Of a stretch of DNA of 64,000 nucleotides, positions 45,097 through 55,768 are shown piece by piece. This stretch comes from Gammaproteobacteria bacterium. Its GTDB lineage: Bacteria > Pseudomonadota > Gammaproteobacteria > UBA9339. Made by a program: the position numbers and the translations under genes. Positions within the stretch are counted from its first letter, which is position 1, and the number at the start of each line of letters is the position of its first letter. The stretch is taken from positions 3,378 through 67,377 of the forward strand of contig JAMCWR010000041.1 of NCBI GenBank assembly GCA_023480665.1, written 5' to 3'. Below the pieces are notes generated by a model. The model saw nothing but the letters and a program-made list of their open reading frames with translations. It made no database searches and was not told where the DNA came from.

Positions 45097-45477
45097 TTAC
45101 ACATGAACACCAGTCATGTTGTTATTATTATGTTTAGAAAATGCAGCAAAAATACTTGTATCGTGGTATCTAAATAAATCCTTAGCTTTTACCTGAATAT
45201 TTTCATAAATGCCAAACCCTGCTTTTTCAAGCATTGCTAATAACATACTTGCACTAAATAAATCTATTTTACCTCGAACAAGATTACTAACGCGGGACTG
45301 AGTGATTTTAAACCGTTTGGCTGCTTCTTTTTGGGTTAATCCCTCTAGCTTTATATAGCGCACTATTACAGTCATTAAAAATGACCTGAATTGCAGCTCC
45401 TTAGCCTCTTCATCGCTAAAGCCCATATTAGAAAAAAGATTATCACTGCTCTTTGTAAATTTAATTGCTTTACTCAT
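45097..45477 (-). CDS. HTH_37/XRE-type antitoxin (HigA-like)
   Basis: NLFSNMGFSDEEAKELQFRSFLMTVIVRYIKLEGLTQKEAAKRFKITQSRVSNLVRGKIDLFSASMLLAMLEKAG fits the family pattern. Its ATG overlaps (ATGA) the stop of an upstream toxin remnant. Confidence 0.7.
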   Translation of the reverse strand: MSKAIKFTKSSDNLFSNMGFSDEEAKELQFRSFLMTVIVRYIKLEGLTQKEAAKRFKITQSRVSNLVRGKIDLFSASMLLAMLEKAGFGIYENIQVKAKDLFRYHDTSIFAAFSKHNNNNMTGVHV

Positions 45478-45611
45478 TTTTTAGTACCTCTTAAATAATT
45501 AACCACCGCTTTGTATCGCTGCTTTCCTATTTCAATATCGTGCTTAGATATATTTTCTTGATAAAAGCATGTAATAAGTAAATTGCAAATATATACAGTA
45601 AAAATAGACAT
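45474..45611 (-). pseudogene. Truncated HigB/Gp49-like toxin remnant (45 codons)
   Basis: MSIFTVYICNLLITCFYQENISKHDIEIGKQRYKAVVNYLRGTKK*. The tail resembles Gp49-family C-termini (F.KKTQKTP..EIE.A..R). It is translationally coupled to the antitoxin and too short to be a complete toxin. Confidence 0.35.
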
Positions 45612-45671
45612 TATGTGGTGCTATTTGCGTATGAAAGCCTCACACCCTAGGAGTGGCATTGTCCTATAAAC

Positions 45672-46040
45672 CTATTGATGCATTAAGGCTCTTTCTACCG
45701 CCTGAGATTCGTGGTTAATCACTGTTAACAAAGTACAAGCCGGCCCTTCTGGATGACGTCTCCCCTGCTCCCATTCTTGCAAGGTACGTTTACTAATACC
45801 AAAGTATGCGGCAAAAACCGCTTGGCTCATGTTCAATTTTTCCCTGATTTGTTTAATATCCGTTGATTTTAATGAGTGCACTCTTTTAAATTTTGCTAGC
45901 TGTTTTTTGGTTGTAGGTCTTGCATCTTTATCAAGGCGAGCAGCAGCATTGATTTCTTTGTCTGAAAGCTTTGCAACCTTTTTCCAATCAGTTTTATCAA
46001 CTGGTAAGGTTTCTATTGTATAAGTACGTTTCTCTTTCAT
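45672..46040 (-). CDS. BrnA/DUF4415-like plus XRE-HTH antitoxin
   Basis: DWKKVAKLSDKEINAAARLDKDARPTTKKQLAKFKRV is DUF4415-like. It is followed by IREKLNMSQAVFAAYFGISKRTLQEWEQGRRHPEGPACTLLTVI (COG2944-type HTH). GGAGGG RBS before ATG 46040. Confidence 0.7.
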   Translation of the reverse strand: MKEKRTYTIETLPVDKTDWKKVAKLSDKEINAAARLDKDARPTTKKQLAKFKRVHSLKSTDIKQIREKLNMSQAVFAAYFGISKRTLQEWEQGRRHPEGPACTLLTVINHESQAVERALMHQ

Positions 46041-46107
46041 TTTTGTTTGCCCTCCGCGCAGAAATAATTCTGTGGTTAGATTTACGAACGGTGTAAATAA
46101 CGCATAA
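45997..46107 (-). pseudogene. BrnT-like toxin 3' remnant, 5' end cut at the miniature-element boundary
   Basis: The minus frame from 46107 reads LCVIYTVRKSNHRIISARRANKNERETY...*, matching the BrnT/DUF497 C-terminus (...RIISAR.A.K.ER..Y). The frame runs directly into copy 2 of the 178-bp element at 46109. Confidence 0.5.
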
Positions 46108-46108
46108 T

Positions 46109-46286
46109 GGGGTAGCAGGCACATTTAAACCAAAACATACGGTTTCAATTTTTAACTCAATAATTTCAATAAGTTCTTTTTCACCAAAACAATCACAGAT
46201 AGTAAATTACGTTAAAAATAACTACCTTATTTTTAACGATAAAATTTTATAACCGCCAGTTTTGGCAGGAATGTGCCTGCTACCCC
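46109..46286. mobile_element. 178-bp miniature inverted-repeat element, copy 2 (Tn3-type 38-bp IRs)
   Basis: The ends GGGGTAGCAGGCACATT... and ...AATGTGCCTGCTACCCC form a perfect 17-bp terminal IR, and 29 of 38 positions match over a 38-bp IR. No ORF. Confidence 0.8.
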
Positions 46287-46333
46287 TATTCGAAAAATTA
46301 TGCTCTTAAAATTTTTCTTTTAAAATCAAATGG

Positions 46334-46383
46334 AAAACATGTAAAAAAATTTGCGTTTAAAATAAAAGTGTTACAAAACATGC
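46334..46383. repeat. Dispersed intergenic repeat, copy C (inverted relative to A and B)
   Basis: AAAACATGTAAAAAAATTTGCGTTTAAAATAAAAGTGTTACAAAACATGC is the reverse complement of copy B with a few mismatches. Confidence 0.7.
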
Positions 46384-46450
46384 CTGAATTTTTTATTGTA
46401 ACGCTTTTATTAATAACGAAAATTTCATAATGTAGGTTTTCTTTTTTTAG

Positions 46451-48050
<1,600 letters not shown>

Positions 48051-48054
<4 letters not shown>

Positions 48055-48659
48055 CGAAAACCTGCGTTCCGCTGTTGTAATTGCTGTACCAATTTTGTTA
48101 AACCACCTTGTCGCAACACCCCGGCAAATTGTGAGCGATAATTTTGCACAATACTGACACCATCTACGCTAAAATCATAGATTAACCAATTGCCACCATT
48201 ATTTAATAAGCGGTATTGTAAATTAATAGATGGGCCATCTTTTTGCAAAATATCGCTATTTACTTGGACCTTTGACACGGAAGGATTATAACCGCGAATC
48301 GGATAAAACTTTATCGTTTCGCCATCGTATGATTGTAGAGCTGAAGAATAAGTACGAATTACATAGCGAGTAAACTCTGCGATAAATTGTTGCTGTAGCG
48401 CTGGCGTTGCTTGTTGCCAGTTTTCACGGCCAACCACTCCTTGCGACATTGCTGCAAGAGCAAAATGCGGCACGAGTATGCGATTAACTAAATTATAAAC
48501 TAGACGATCATTACGCTTAATTTGACTTAAATTTCTATCAAGCTCACGAATCATCTGACTCGACGTATCTTTTAGCATGGCAAGCGGTGGTGGATCAACA
48601 GCAAACACTGCGCCACAAAACATAATTAAACTAAAAAATACTAGTACTTTTCTTTTCAT
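48051..48659 (-). CDS. mlaC: Phospholipid-binding periplasmic protein MlaC (Ttg2D family)
   Basis: Signal peptide, the Tol-tolerance-family pattern (...FALAAMSQGVVGRENWQQATPALQQQF..EF...) and operon position. Confidence 0.8.
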
Positions 48660-48734
48660 AAATTCTCAATGCTCCATAAAATAAAAATCATAAGTCTATA
48701 GTCTATTAATTAAACTGCCATAAAAACAAATACA

Positions 48735-49256
48735 TTAATCTTTTTGCGCGTTTTTAGCGTCTTTTTTCGTATCATCTTTATCGTCTTTCTTCTCGCCTTT
48801 TAGCGAATAAATTAGCTGACTGATCAGATTCTCAAGAATAATCGCAGGTTGTGTGTCGGAAATAATAGTGCCTGCCGTAAGGTTTTCTTCGGTATAACCT
48901 GGGATGATTTCAATATAATTGGCACCAATTATGCCAGCGGTTAAAATTTTTGCAGTCGAATCCTTGGGTAAATTCCGCTGATTTTCATCAATGATTAAAT
49001 CAACATAAGCTTTAAATGTAGCGTTATCAATCCAAATCTTGGATACTTCGCCAATACGTACCCCAGCAATCGTCACTGGTGCGCGCACTTTCAAATCACC
49101 AATATTATCAAACACAGCAGTAACTTTATAAGTATTATGGCCTGAGTAATTGCTTAAGCCGCTAACTTTAAATGCGAGCAAAAGCAGAGCAACTATTCCT
49201 GCCAAAATAAATAAACCAACAATAAATTCTATCAGCCACTTGATACGCATTACCAT
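48735..49256 (-). CDS. mlaD: MCE-domain protein MlaD
   Basis: N-terminal TM, then an MCE pattern ([36 protein letters not shown]). Confidence 0.85.
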   Translation of the reverse strand: MVMRIKWLIEFIVGLFILAGIVALLLLAFKVSGLSNYSGHNTYKVTAVFDNIGDLKVRAPVTIAGVRIGEVSKIWIDNATFKAYVDLIIDENQRNLPKDSTAKILTAGIIGANYIEIIPGYTEENLTAGTIISDTQPAIILENLISQLIYSLKGEKKDDKDDTKKDAKNAQKD

Positions 49257-50032
49257 CCTCCAAGCATAAATGCGGTTAATACAAAATCCAAACCTAAAAT
49301 TGCGAGCGAACTAAATACAACTGTTTTTGTAGTTGCGCGACTAATTCCTTCAGCGGTTGGAACAGTATAGTAACCTTGATAAACCGCAATCCACGTCACT
49401 ACTACACCAAACACTAAACCTTTAATTATGCCATTTACAACATCATCTCGAAAATTAACTGATGCCTGCATATTTGACCAAAATTGACCGGGATCAACCC
49501 CAAGCCATTCCACACCAACTAAATAGCCACCAAATACTGCGGTGATGCAAAAAATGGCTGTCAATACCGGCATAGAAATTACTCCTGCCCAAAATCGTGG
49601 CGCAATTACTCGCCATAAAGGATCCACCGCCATCATTTCCATGCTTGCTAGTTGCTCAGTTGCCTGCATTAAACCAATCTCAGCAGTTAGAGCTGAACCA
49701 GCGCGGCCTGCAAATAATAAGCCCGCAATCACCGGCCCTAATTCGCGAACTACTGATAATGCAACTAATTGCCCAAGTTGTTCGACTGAGCCAAAACGTT
49801 CTAAAATATTATAACCTTGCAGTGCCAATACCATACCAATAAATAAACCAGACACTATGATAATCACTAAAGATAAAACGCCGACAAAATAAATCTGTTC
49901 AATAATTAAAGGCAACAATTTTAATATCTTAGGGCGATGAAAAACTGTGCGTAATAAAAACAGCCCTGATAAACCAAGCCTAGAACAAAGCGTTAAGCCA
50001 GTGGCTCCTAATTGTTGAATTCGCCTAATCAC
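49250..50032 (-). CDS. mlaE: ABC transporter permease MlaE
   Basis: Multi-TM protein with the MlaE pattern (REL.PV..G...AGR.GSA.TAEIG.M...EQ..ALE.M-like). Confidence 0.85.
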   Translation of the reverse strand: MIRRIQQLGATGLTLCSRLGLSGLFLLRTVFHRPKILKLLPLIIEQIYFVGVLSLVIIIVSGLFIGMVLALQGYNILERFGSVEQLGQLVALSVVRELGPVIAGLLFAGRAGSALTAEIGLMQATEQLASMEMMAVDPLWRVIAPRFWAGVISMPVLTAIFCITAVFGGYLVGVEWLGVDPGQFWSNMQASVNFRDDVVNGIIKGLVFGVVVTWIAVYQGYYTVPTAEGISRATTKTVVFSSLAILGLDFVLTAFMLGGW

Positions 50033-50832
50033 AGTCCTAAATCCTCTGCATATACGCTTGCTGGATAATGAAATGCCACCGGACCATCCGGCAAACCTTG
50101 TACAAATTGTTGCACCATCGGAGATTGATCATGTAAAACACTATTAGTATCACCTTCGCCAATCACATCCTTATCTGCAATTACATAAATATAATCTGCA
50201 ATGCTAGCTGTTTCAGCTACATCATGTGAAACAATAATTGAAGTTAAACCCAATATATCATTTACATGCTTGATTAATTGCACAAGCACGCCCATGGTGA
50301 TTGGATCTTGCCCAGTAAACGGCTCATCGTACATCATTAATCTTGGATTTAACGCCAGAGCACGCGCTAATGCAACACGTCTTGCCATGCCTCCGGATAA
50401 TTCACTCGGCATCAAATTTCGTGCGCCACGTAACCCAACAGTTTCAAGTTGCATTAATACCACATCATGCAAAATATCTTCTGGCAATTTTGTATGTTCT
50501 CTAAGCGGAAAAGCAACGTTTTCGAAAACGCTAAGATTGGTAAATAATGCGCCACTTTGAAATAACATCCCCATACTGCGCCGCACTCGATATAATTCAT
50601 GCCGACTAAGATTCGACATGTTTGCCCCATCAACCAAAACTTGGCCGGCCAGCGGAGTTAATTGTGCGCTAATTAACTTTAACAAAGTTGTCTTACCAGA
50701 ACCACTTGGGCCCATAATAGCGGTAATCTTTCCGCGCGGAATTTTTATATTAATGCCCTTAAAAACTTCACGACCATTATGGGCAAAAGTTAAATTTATA
50801 AGTTCAACGAAATTTTGGCTTTGCTGTGACAT
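50029..50832 (-). CDS. mlaF: ABC transporter ATP-binding protein MlaF
   Basis: Walker [10 protein letters not shown], signature [14 protein letters not shown], Walker B LMMYDEP. Confidence 0.9.
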   Translation of the reverse strand: MSQQSQNFVELINLTFAHNGREVFKGINIKIPRGKITAIMGPSGSGKTTLLKLISAQLTPLAGQVLVDGANMSNLSRHELYRVRRSMGMLFQSGALFTNLSVFENVAFPLREHTKLPEDILHDVVLMQLETVGLRGARNLMPSELSGGMARRVALARALALNPRLMMYDEPFTGQDPITMGVLVQLIKHVNDILGLTSIIVSHDVAETASIADYIYVIADKDVIGEGDTNSVLHDQSPMVQQFVQGLPDGPVAFHYPASVYAEDLGL

Positions 50833-51051
50833 TTTTTCTAAATAAATATTTTTAACATTTGTTTCTCAAAATTACCAAAACATATAAAAAAAATTATAAA
50901 TATAATCAAATAGTTATAAAAAATGATATGGATTATATTAACATTGTTTAATACACTTTGCAGCAACTATCAGAAAATTATGAATATAACGGTTTATTTT
51001 ATACATAAAAATAATTGTGGGAATTGTTATGAAATTGGTATAATTAGCCGC

Positions 51052-52026
51052 ATGCAAAATAAAGAAAAAATCCGAAATTTAGCAGAAACAGTACTTGCAA
51101 TTGAAGCTGATGCGATATTGAGTTTACAGAACAAAATTAATGATAATTTTCTCTCTGCCTGTAAGTATCTCCTTGATTGCGAAGGCAGAATAATCGTAAC
51201 TGGCATTGGGAAATCAGGGCATATTGCCAATAAACTTGCTGCAACTTTCGCTAGCACTGGCAGCCCAGCTTTTTTTCTCCATCCAAGTGAAGCGAGCCAT
51301 GGAGATGTTGGGGCAATCACTAAAAAAGATGTGGTGATTGCTTTATCAAATTCTGGCAACACTGCAGAAATTATTGCACTTCTGCCAATTATAAAACTTT
51401 TAGAAGTCCCTTTGATTACTTTGACTGGAAATCCGCAATCGACCTTGGCAAAAATGGCAACAATAAACATTGATGTAAGCGTAGAAAAGGAGGCTTGTCC
51501 ATTGGGTTTAGTGCCAACCTCTAGCACTACTGCAACTTTAGCCATGGGAGATGCACTCGCAATTGCGCTCCTTGAAGCACGTGGGTTTACAGTAGATGAT
51601 TTTGCAAGATCTCACCCAGGCGGCACACTTGGCAAACGTTTGTTGTTACGTGTTGACGACATTATGCGCACTGGCAATGCAATTCCAAAGGTGGCGCAAA
51701 ATACTACTTTATCGCAAGCACTTATTGAGATGACGAAAAAATCCATGGGCATGACCACTGTGGTAAACGAGGGTGATGCATTAATTGGGGTATTTACCGA
51801 TGGTGATTTACGCCGTGCTTTGGATAAAAATGTAAATGTACATACCACAAAAATTATTGATGTAATGACTACTAATTGCAAAACTATTTCACCTGGCATG
51901 TTAGCTGCTGAAGCGTTGCAAATTATGGAACAACATAAAATTATGTCACTGATTATTGTTGATCCACATAAAATTCCAATTGGTGCTATACATATGCATG
52001 ATCTATTAAAATCGGGTTTAGCATGA
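51052..52026 (+). CDS. kdsD: Arabinose-5-phosphate isomerase KdsD (SIS plus 2 CBS)
   Basis: GRIIVTGIGKSGHIANKLAATFASTGSPAFFLHP.EA.HGD and a C-terminal CBS pair. Start set at ATG 51052 rather than the track start 50923. Confidence 0.9.
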   Translation: MQNKEKIRNLAETVLAIEADAILSLQNKINDNFLSACKYLLDCEGRIIVTGIGKSGHIANKLAATFASTGSPAFFLHPSEASHGDVGAITKKDVVIALSNSGNTAEIIALLPIIKLLEVPLITLTGNPQSTLAKMATINIDVSVEKEACPLGLVPTSSTTATLAMGDALAIALLEARGFTVDDFARSHPGGTLGKRLLLRVDDIMRTGNAIPKVAQNTTLSQALIEMTKKSMGMTTVVNEGDALIGVFTDGDLRRALDKNVNVHTTKIIDVMTTNCKTISPGMLAAEALQIMEQHKIMSLIIVDPHKIPIGAIHMHDLLKSGLA

Positions 52027-52535
52027 AAAAAACCTTCCGCGATTTGGCCAAAAAAATCAAATTACTAATTTTAGACGTCGATGGCGTCCTAACTGATGGC
52101 AAATTATTGGTAATGGAAAATGGTGAAGTAGCTAAATCTTTTGATATCAAAGATGGCTTAGGCATAAAAATGCTTCTGCTAAACAATATCGAGGTTGCAA
52201 TTATCACAAAAAATTCTTCACAAAGTACAAAACATAGAATGCGTGCTTTGGGTGTCAAATATATTTTTTGTGGGGTCGAAGACAAAATTGCTACTTATAC
52301 TCAGCTAAAGAAAAAGCTCCGATTAAAAGATCATGAAATTTCCTATGTTGGCGATGATTTACCAGATATTCCAGTGTTAGAAAAAGTTGGTTTAAAAATT
52401 GCGGTGCATGATGCCGTGCCAGCAGTCTTAAACCTTGCAGATTATATAACCCAGAAAAATGCTGGAAATAGCGCCGTTCGTGAAGTTTGTGAAATGTTGC
52501 TTTTGGCGCAAAATAAGCAAATTATTTGCCCGTAA
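52023..52535 (+). CDS. kdsC: 3-deoxy-D-manno-octulosonate 8-phosphate phosphatase KdsC
   Basis: The HAD motif LLILDVDGVLTDG and ...YVGDDLPD. It overlaps kdsD by 4 nt. Confidence 0.9.
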   Translation: MKKTFRDLAKKIKLLILDVDGVLTDGKLLVMENGEVAKSFDIKDGLGIKMLLLNNIEVAIITKNSSQSTKHRMRALGVKYIFCGVEDKIATYTQLKKKLRLKDHEISYVGDDLPDIPVLEKVGLKIAVHDAVPAVLNLADYITQKNAGNSAVREVCEMLLLAQNKQIICP

Positions 52536-52568
52536 AAACCATGCTAATGCAAAATCTATAGATTTATA

Positions 52569-53132
52569 ATGAATAAAAAAACTATATTTTTTACAATTAT
52601 TCTATTTATTGCTTTTAGTATTAGCAGCTGGTATGCATTAATTTCCGCAAAAAAAATTACCCTGCCGCATCTGCTTGGCCCAAATTCCGCCGACGCTTTT
52701 CTCACTAATGTTAGTTATCTTGAATTAGATCAAGAAGGCGCAATTCGAAATTTTATTACTGCAACCAAGGTAACACATTACCCGAATAACGATGCTTCAG
52801 AATTCAAACAAATTCAAATTACTCTTTCTAGTCAAAACCAATCTCCATGGATAATAACTGCGCCCCAAGGAAAAAGTGAACATGGTAAAAATAAAATTTT
52901 TCTTACTGGCGGAGTAAATATTCGGCAGCAAGCGAGCGCAACAAATTCTGAAATGCTAGTTACAACAAGCGCTTTGACTATTTTCCCACTACAAAAACAG
53001 GCTGAAACCGATCAACCAATAACAATTCAACAAGCGCCAAATGTTATAAAAGCTGTTGGCGCTACCGCCGATTTCAATGCAAATACCGTAAAATTATTAT
53101 CACATGTAGTCGGCGAGTATCGCGAGAACTAA
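52569..53132 (+). CDS. lptC: LPS export protein LptC
   Basis: N-terminal TM anchor, about 190 aa, a beta-jellyroll-like sequence, and the conserved position after kdsC. Confidence 0.75.
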   Translation: MNKKTIFFTIILFIAFSISSWYALISAKKITLPHLLGPNSADAFLTNVSYLELDQEGAIRNFITATKVTHYPNNDASEFKQIQITLSSQNQSPWIITAPQGKSEHGKNKIFLTGGVNIRQQASATNSEMLVTTSALTIFPLQKQAETDQPITIQQAPNVIKAVGATADFNANTVKLLSHVVGEYREN

Positions 53133-53652
53133 TTTTGTTGAACCAGGTTTTATAAAAATAGTTCGTTCTTGTTGCTTGTGTTAATTTTTAGCAGAAATAG
53201 CAGGCGCTGGATTTGACGACGCATGACTAGAACTTGCATTGTTTTGTTCTGAGTTAGCTATAATTACAGCTGCTTCATCTGCTGTATACCCAAGGCTTCG
53301 GAAGTGGTTTTGATCTTTTTCGACCATCCATTTTAAATCTTCTTTACCTTGAATATCAGGTGTGAAAAAGAGACAGAACAAAATCATAGCTTAGTATCAC
53401 TAAAAAAATTAATAATCGATGTTACGCAAAACAACGGTTTTTATACAAATGAGAGCTTGGGATTTCCACCAGTGCTGACTTACCCCTATATAAATGATTA
53501 GATGAGCTAAATAAATCACTTCTATGGAATATATTGATTATCCGTATCCGCCACTTATATATAATCTATAAGTGGCAGGAAAAATGAGGCTATATGGAAT
53601 AAGATATGCAAATTATTGAACATGAAGAAGAACTACCGGCGAAAAGTTTCGT

Positions 53653-54543
53653 TCATTGGCGCAAGAACTGCTGAATTGCCGCAAATAAACCAGTAGGTTG
53701 CTCAACAAATGAAAAATGCCCACATTCTGGTAAATAAACTAACTGTGAATTAGGAATTCCGTCATTAATTTGTTGTGCAATTTGTGTGGGCATTATGTCT
53801 TCTGCACCATGAACAATTAAAGTAGGTGCTTTTATTGTTTTCAGTATTGGCAGCAAATTAAAATCCGGTCCCTGCGAAGCTGATATTAAATCCATAACCT
53901 TGAAACCACTTACCGCGGACACTTTATTCATTTGTAAAGTTAGCTTATTTACTTTTGATGCATCGTAAAAATAGACAGAAAATAGTATGCGATATAAATT
54001 TATTACTTCTTGGGTATTTAATTTTTCAAATTCGTTATAATTTGTTAATGCGGTTATTTTATTGTTAATAGGGATGGTTCTTTTTTTGAATTCGCTCATT
54101 AACATCCGCAATCCCACAAAATTTACTGGAGCTGAATTTAAAAGGATTAACTTAGATATATAATTTGGGTATTTAGCTGCATAATACATCGCAAGTGTAC
54201 TACCCCATGAGTGCCCGAGTAATATAAATTGCTTCAAGCCTAATCGTTTTCTCAAAGCTTCTAAATCATCATAAAACTGATCTATGTTTATATAATCTAA
54301 GGTTAGCGGGGTGTTTAATGATTTTCCTGAACCGCGTTGATCATAGAAAATTATCTCATGGTCTTTGGATAATTCTAGCATTTGCGGCAATAAATAACTT
54401 TGGTCTAGCCCTGGTCCGCCGTGCAAAATTACTATTGGGCTACCAGCGCCAAACTTTTGATAAAATATTTTACCATGTTTTACCGAGATATAATTGTGGC
54501 TCATAGTATTTAATAAAAAATTCCTTCTAGAATTATCGAGCAT
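53653..54543 (-). CDS. Alpha/beta hydrolase (proline iminopeptidase-like)
   Basis: HGGPG oxyanion motif, nucleophile elbow GHSWGS, and a C-terminal His context (ECGHF). Confidence 0.8.
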   Translation of the reverse strand: MLDNSRRNFLLNTMSHNYISVKHGKIFYQKFGAGSPIVILHGGPGLDQSYLLPQMLELSKDHEIIFYDQRGSGKSLNTPLTLDYINIDQFYDDLEALRKRLGLKQFILLGHSWGSTLAMYYAAKYPNYISKLILLNSAPVNFVGLRMLMSEFKKRTIPINNKITALTNYNEFEKLNTQEVINLYRILFSVYFYDASKVNKLTLQMNKVSAVSGFKVMDLISASQGPDFNLLPILKTIKAPTLIVHGAEDIMPTQIAQQINDGIPNSQLVYLPECGHFSFVEQPTGLFAAIQQFLRQ

Positions 54544-54636
54544 ATTATTAACAGAAAAACTATAACTATGTTTTTTCTAGACACCTGGGTCGTCTAGCAT
54601 ATCCGGTAAACCCTAAATTACAAAAGACAAATGAAC

Positions 54637-55014
54637 CTAATGGTGATTTTTGTAAACATCATTAGGACTGCCAGATCTATAGAGGCCAAGAGGGTTTTTT
54701 AAACTACCAATACTTGTTCGCCAATGCCTGTCGGAAGGTGGATTGGGCTGATTTTCATTATAAAAATGGTCTTTTGAGAGTTTCCGGTCAGGAGATTTGT
54801 TTTTTAAAATAAAAATAAATACTACGATAAAAAACGTTATTAAGGCTGCAAAAAAGCTAAAAAATAATAGGTTATCTTGATCCTGAGAAATAAATACAAA
54901 TATTGAATAAGTTATAAAACCTGCTATAACTGGGATTAAAAAAAGAATCTTCAAGTTAGTTTTTTTCACTATAGATTTAGTTTTGATGTTGCTTTTTTCC
55001 ATAAAAATATCCAA
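54637..55014 (-). CDS. Hypothetical small membrane protein
   Basis: Two predicted TM helices (ILFLIPVIAGFITYSIFVFI; FFSFFAALITFFIVVFIFIL). No domain recognised. Confidence 0.4.
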   Translation of the reverse strand: MDIFMEKSNIKTKSIVKKTNLKILFLIPVIAGFITYSIFVFISQDQDNLLFFSFFAALITFFIVVFIFILKNKSPDRKLSKDHFYNENQPNPPSDRHWRTSIGSLKNPLGLYRSGSPNDVYKNHH

Positions 55015-55108
55015 TCGATATTATATGTCGAAAGAGTTAAAAAAACGAGGATTTTTAAATTATGTTGGGCAGGCGGCCTCATTCATGCGATTTTATTGGT
55101 TTTGATTT

Positions 55109-55519
55109 TTAAACAAACCATTCGACATTTCTCCACGTGCCGATGTCTTTCTTTTTCGTGGTAATTCGTGATTGCCAATCACCTACATGAATTTCTAGTT
55201 TGTGGCCATCTGGATCGAGGAAGTAAAGCGAATCACCTTCAGAGGTATTTTGTTTAAAAATGTTAACCCCAGAAGAAACAATGCGTTGGCTTAAAGTCTG
55301 AAATTTTTCCGGGGTTACTGAAAATGCGTAGTGAGTATAGCATGGGTCGGGACGTACATTAGGATCAACGTTTAAACAAAACCAGAAATCCCCTGCAAGA
55401 AAATATGCACCTTTATCCCAACTGCATAGTGGTTTTAACCCAAGTATATTGCGATAAAAGTCAAAAGAACGTTTAATATCACTAACCGCAAGTGTAATGT
55501 GACTAAGTGCTGTAATCAT
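55109..55519 (-). CDS. fosA: FosA-like VOC-family glutathione transferase (fosfomycin-resistance family)
   Basis: [10 protein letters not shown]...[13 protein letters not shown]...YTHYAFSV...[24 protein letters not shown] aligns closely with recalled P. aeruginosa FosA (YTHYAF...[24 protein letters not shown]). Confidence 0.75.
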   Translation of the reverse strand: [136 protein letters not shown]

Positions 55520-55768
55520 AATTTATCGTTTTCAAAGTTCCATTAAATATTCCCGTTTTTTCTCGTTAGATATGCTAACTAGCACGGATCTTCTGACATA
55601 CCCGGCGGAGAGTTTAGTTCGTTATGCCGCTATTAGTTGCAATGATAGTAGTTTTCCCATGTCAAATTGTATGCCAACTGCCTGGCGTAAATCAAATTCA
55701 CCATGCAAATTAATGTGACCCCTGTTTAATTATTGAACCTTATTTGAGGTTCCGCTCATTTAGAACAA

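Larger units (their letters stand above)
38692..46286. mobile_element. Putative non-autonomous Tn3-family composite element bounded by two miniature IR elements
   Basis: Two 178-bp direct copies at the ends. TATTC lies immediately outside both outer ends (38687-38691 and 46287-46291). An internal serine recombinase is present but no transposase. Confidence 0.6.

Noticed and set aside
53181-53387. 68-aa minus-strand ORF after lptC
   Set aside because: No recognisable domain or clear RBS. It could be a gene fragment at the synteny breakpoint, but the sequence alone does not support a call.
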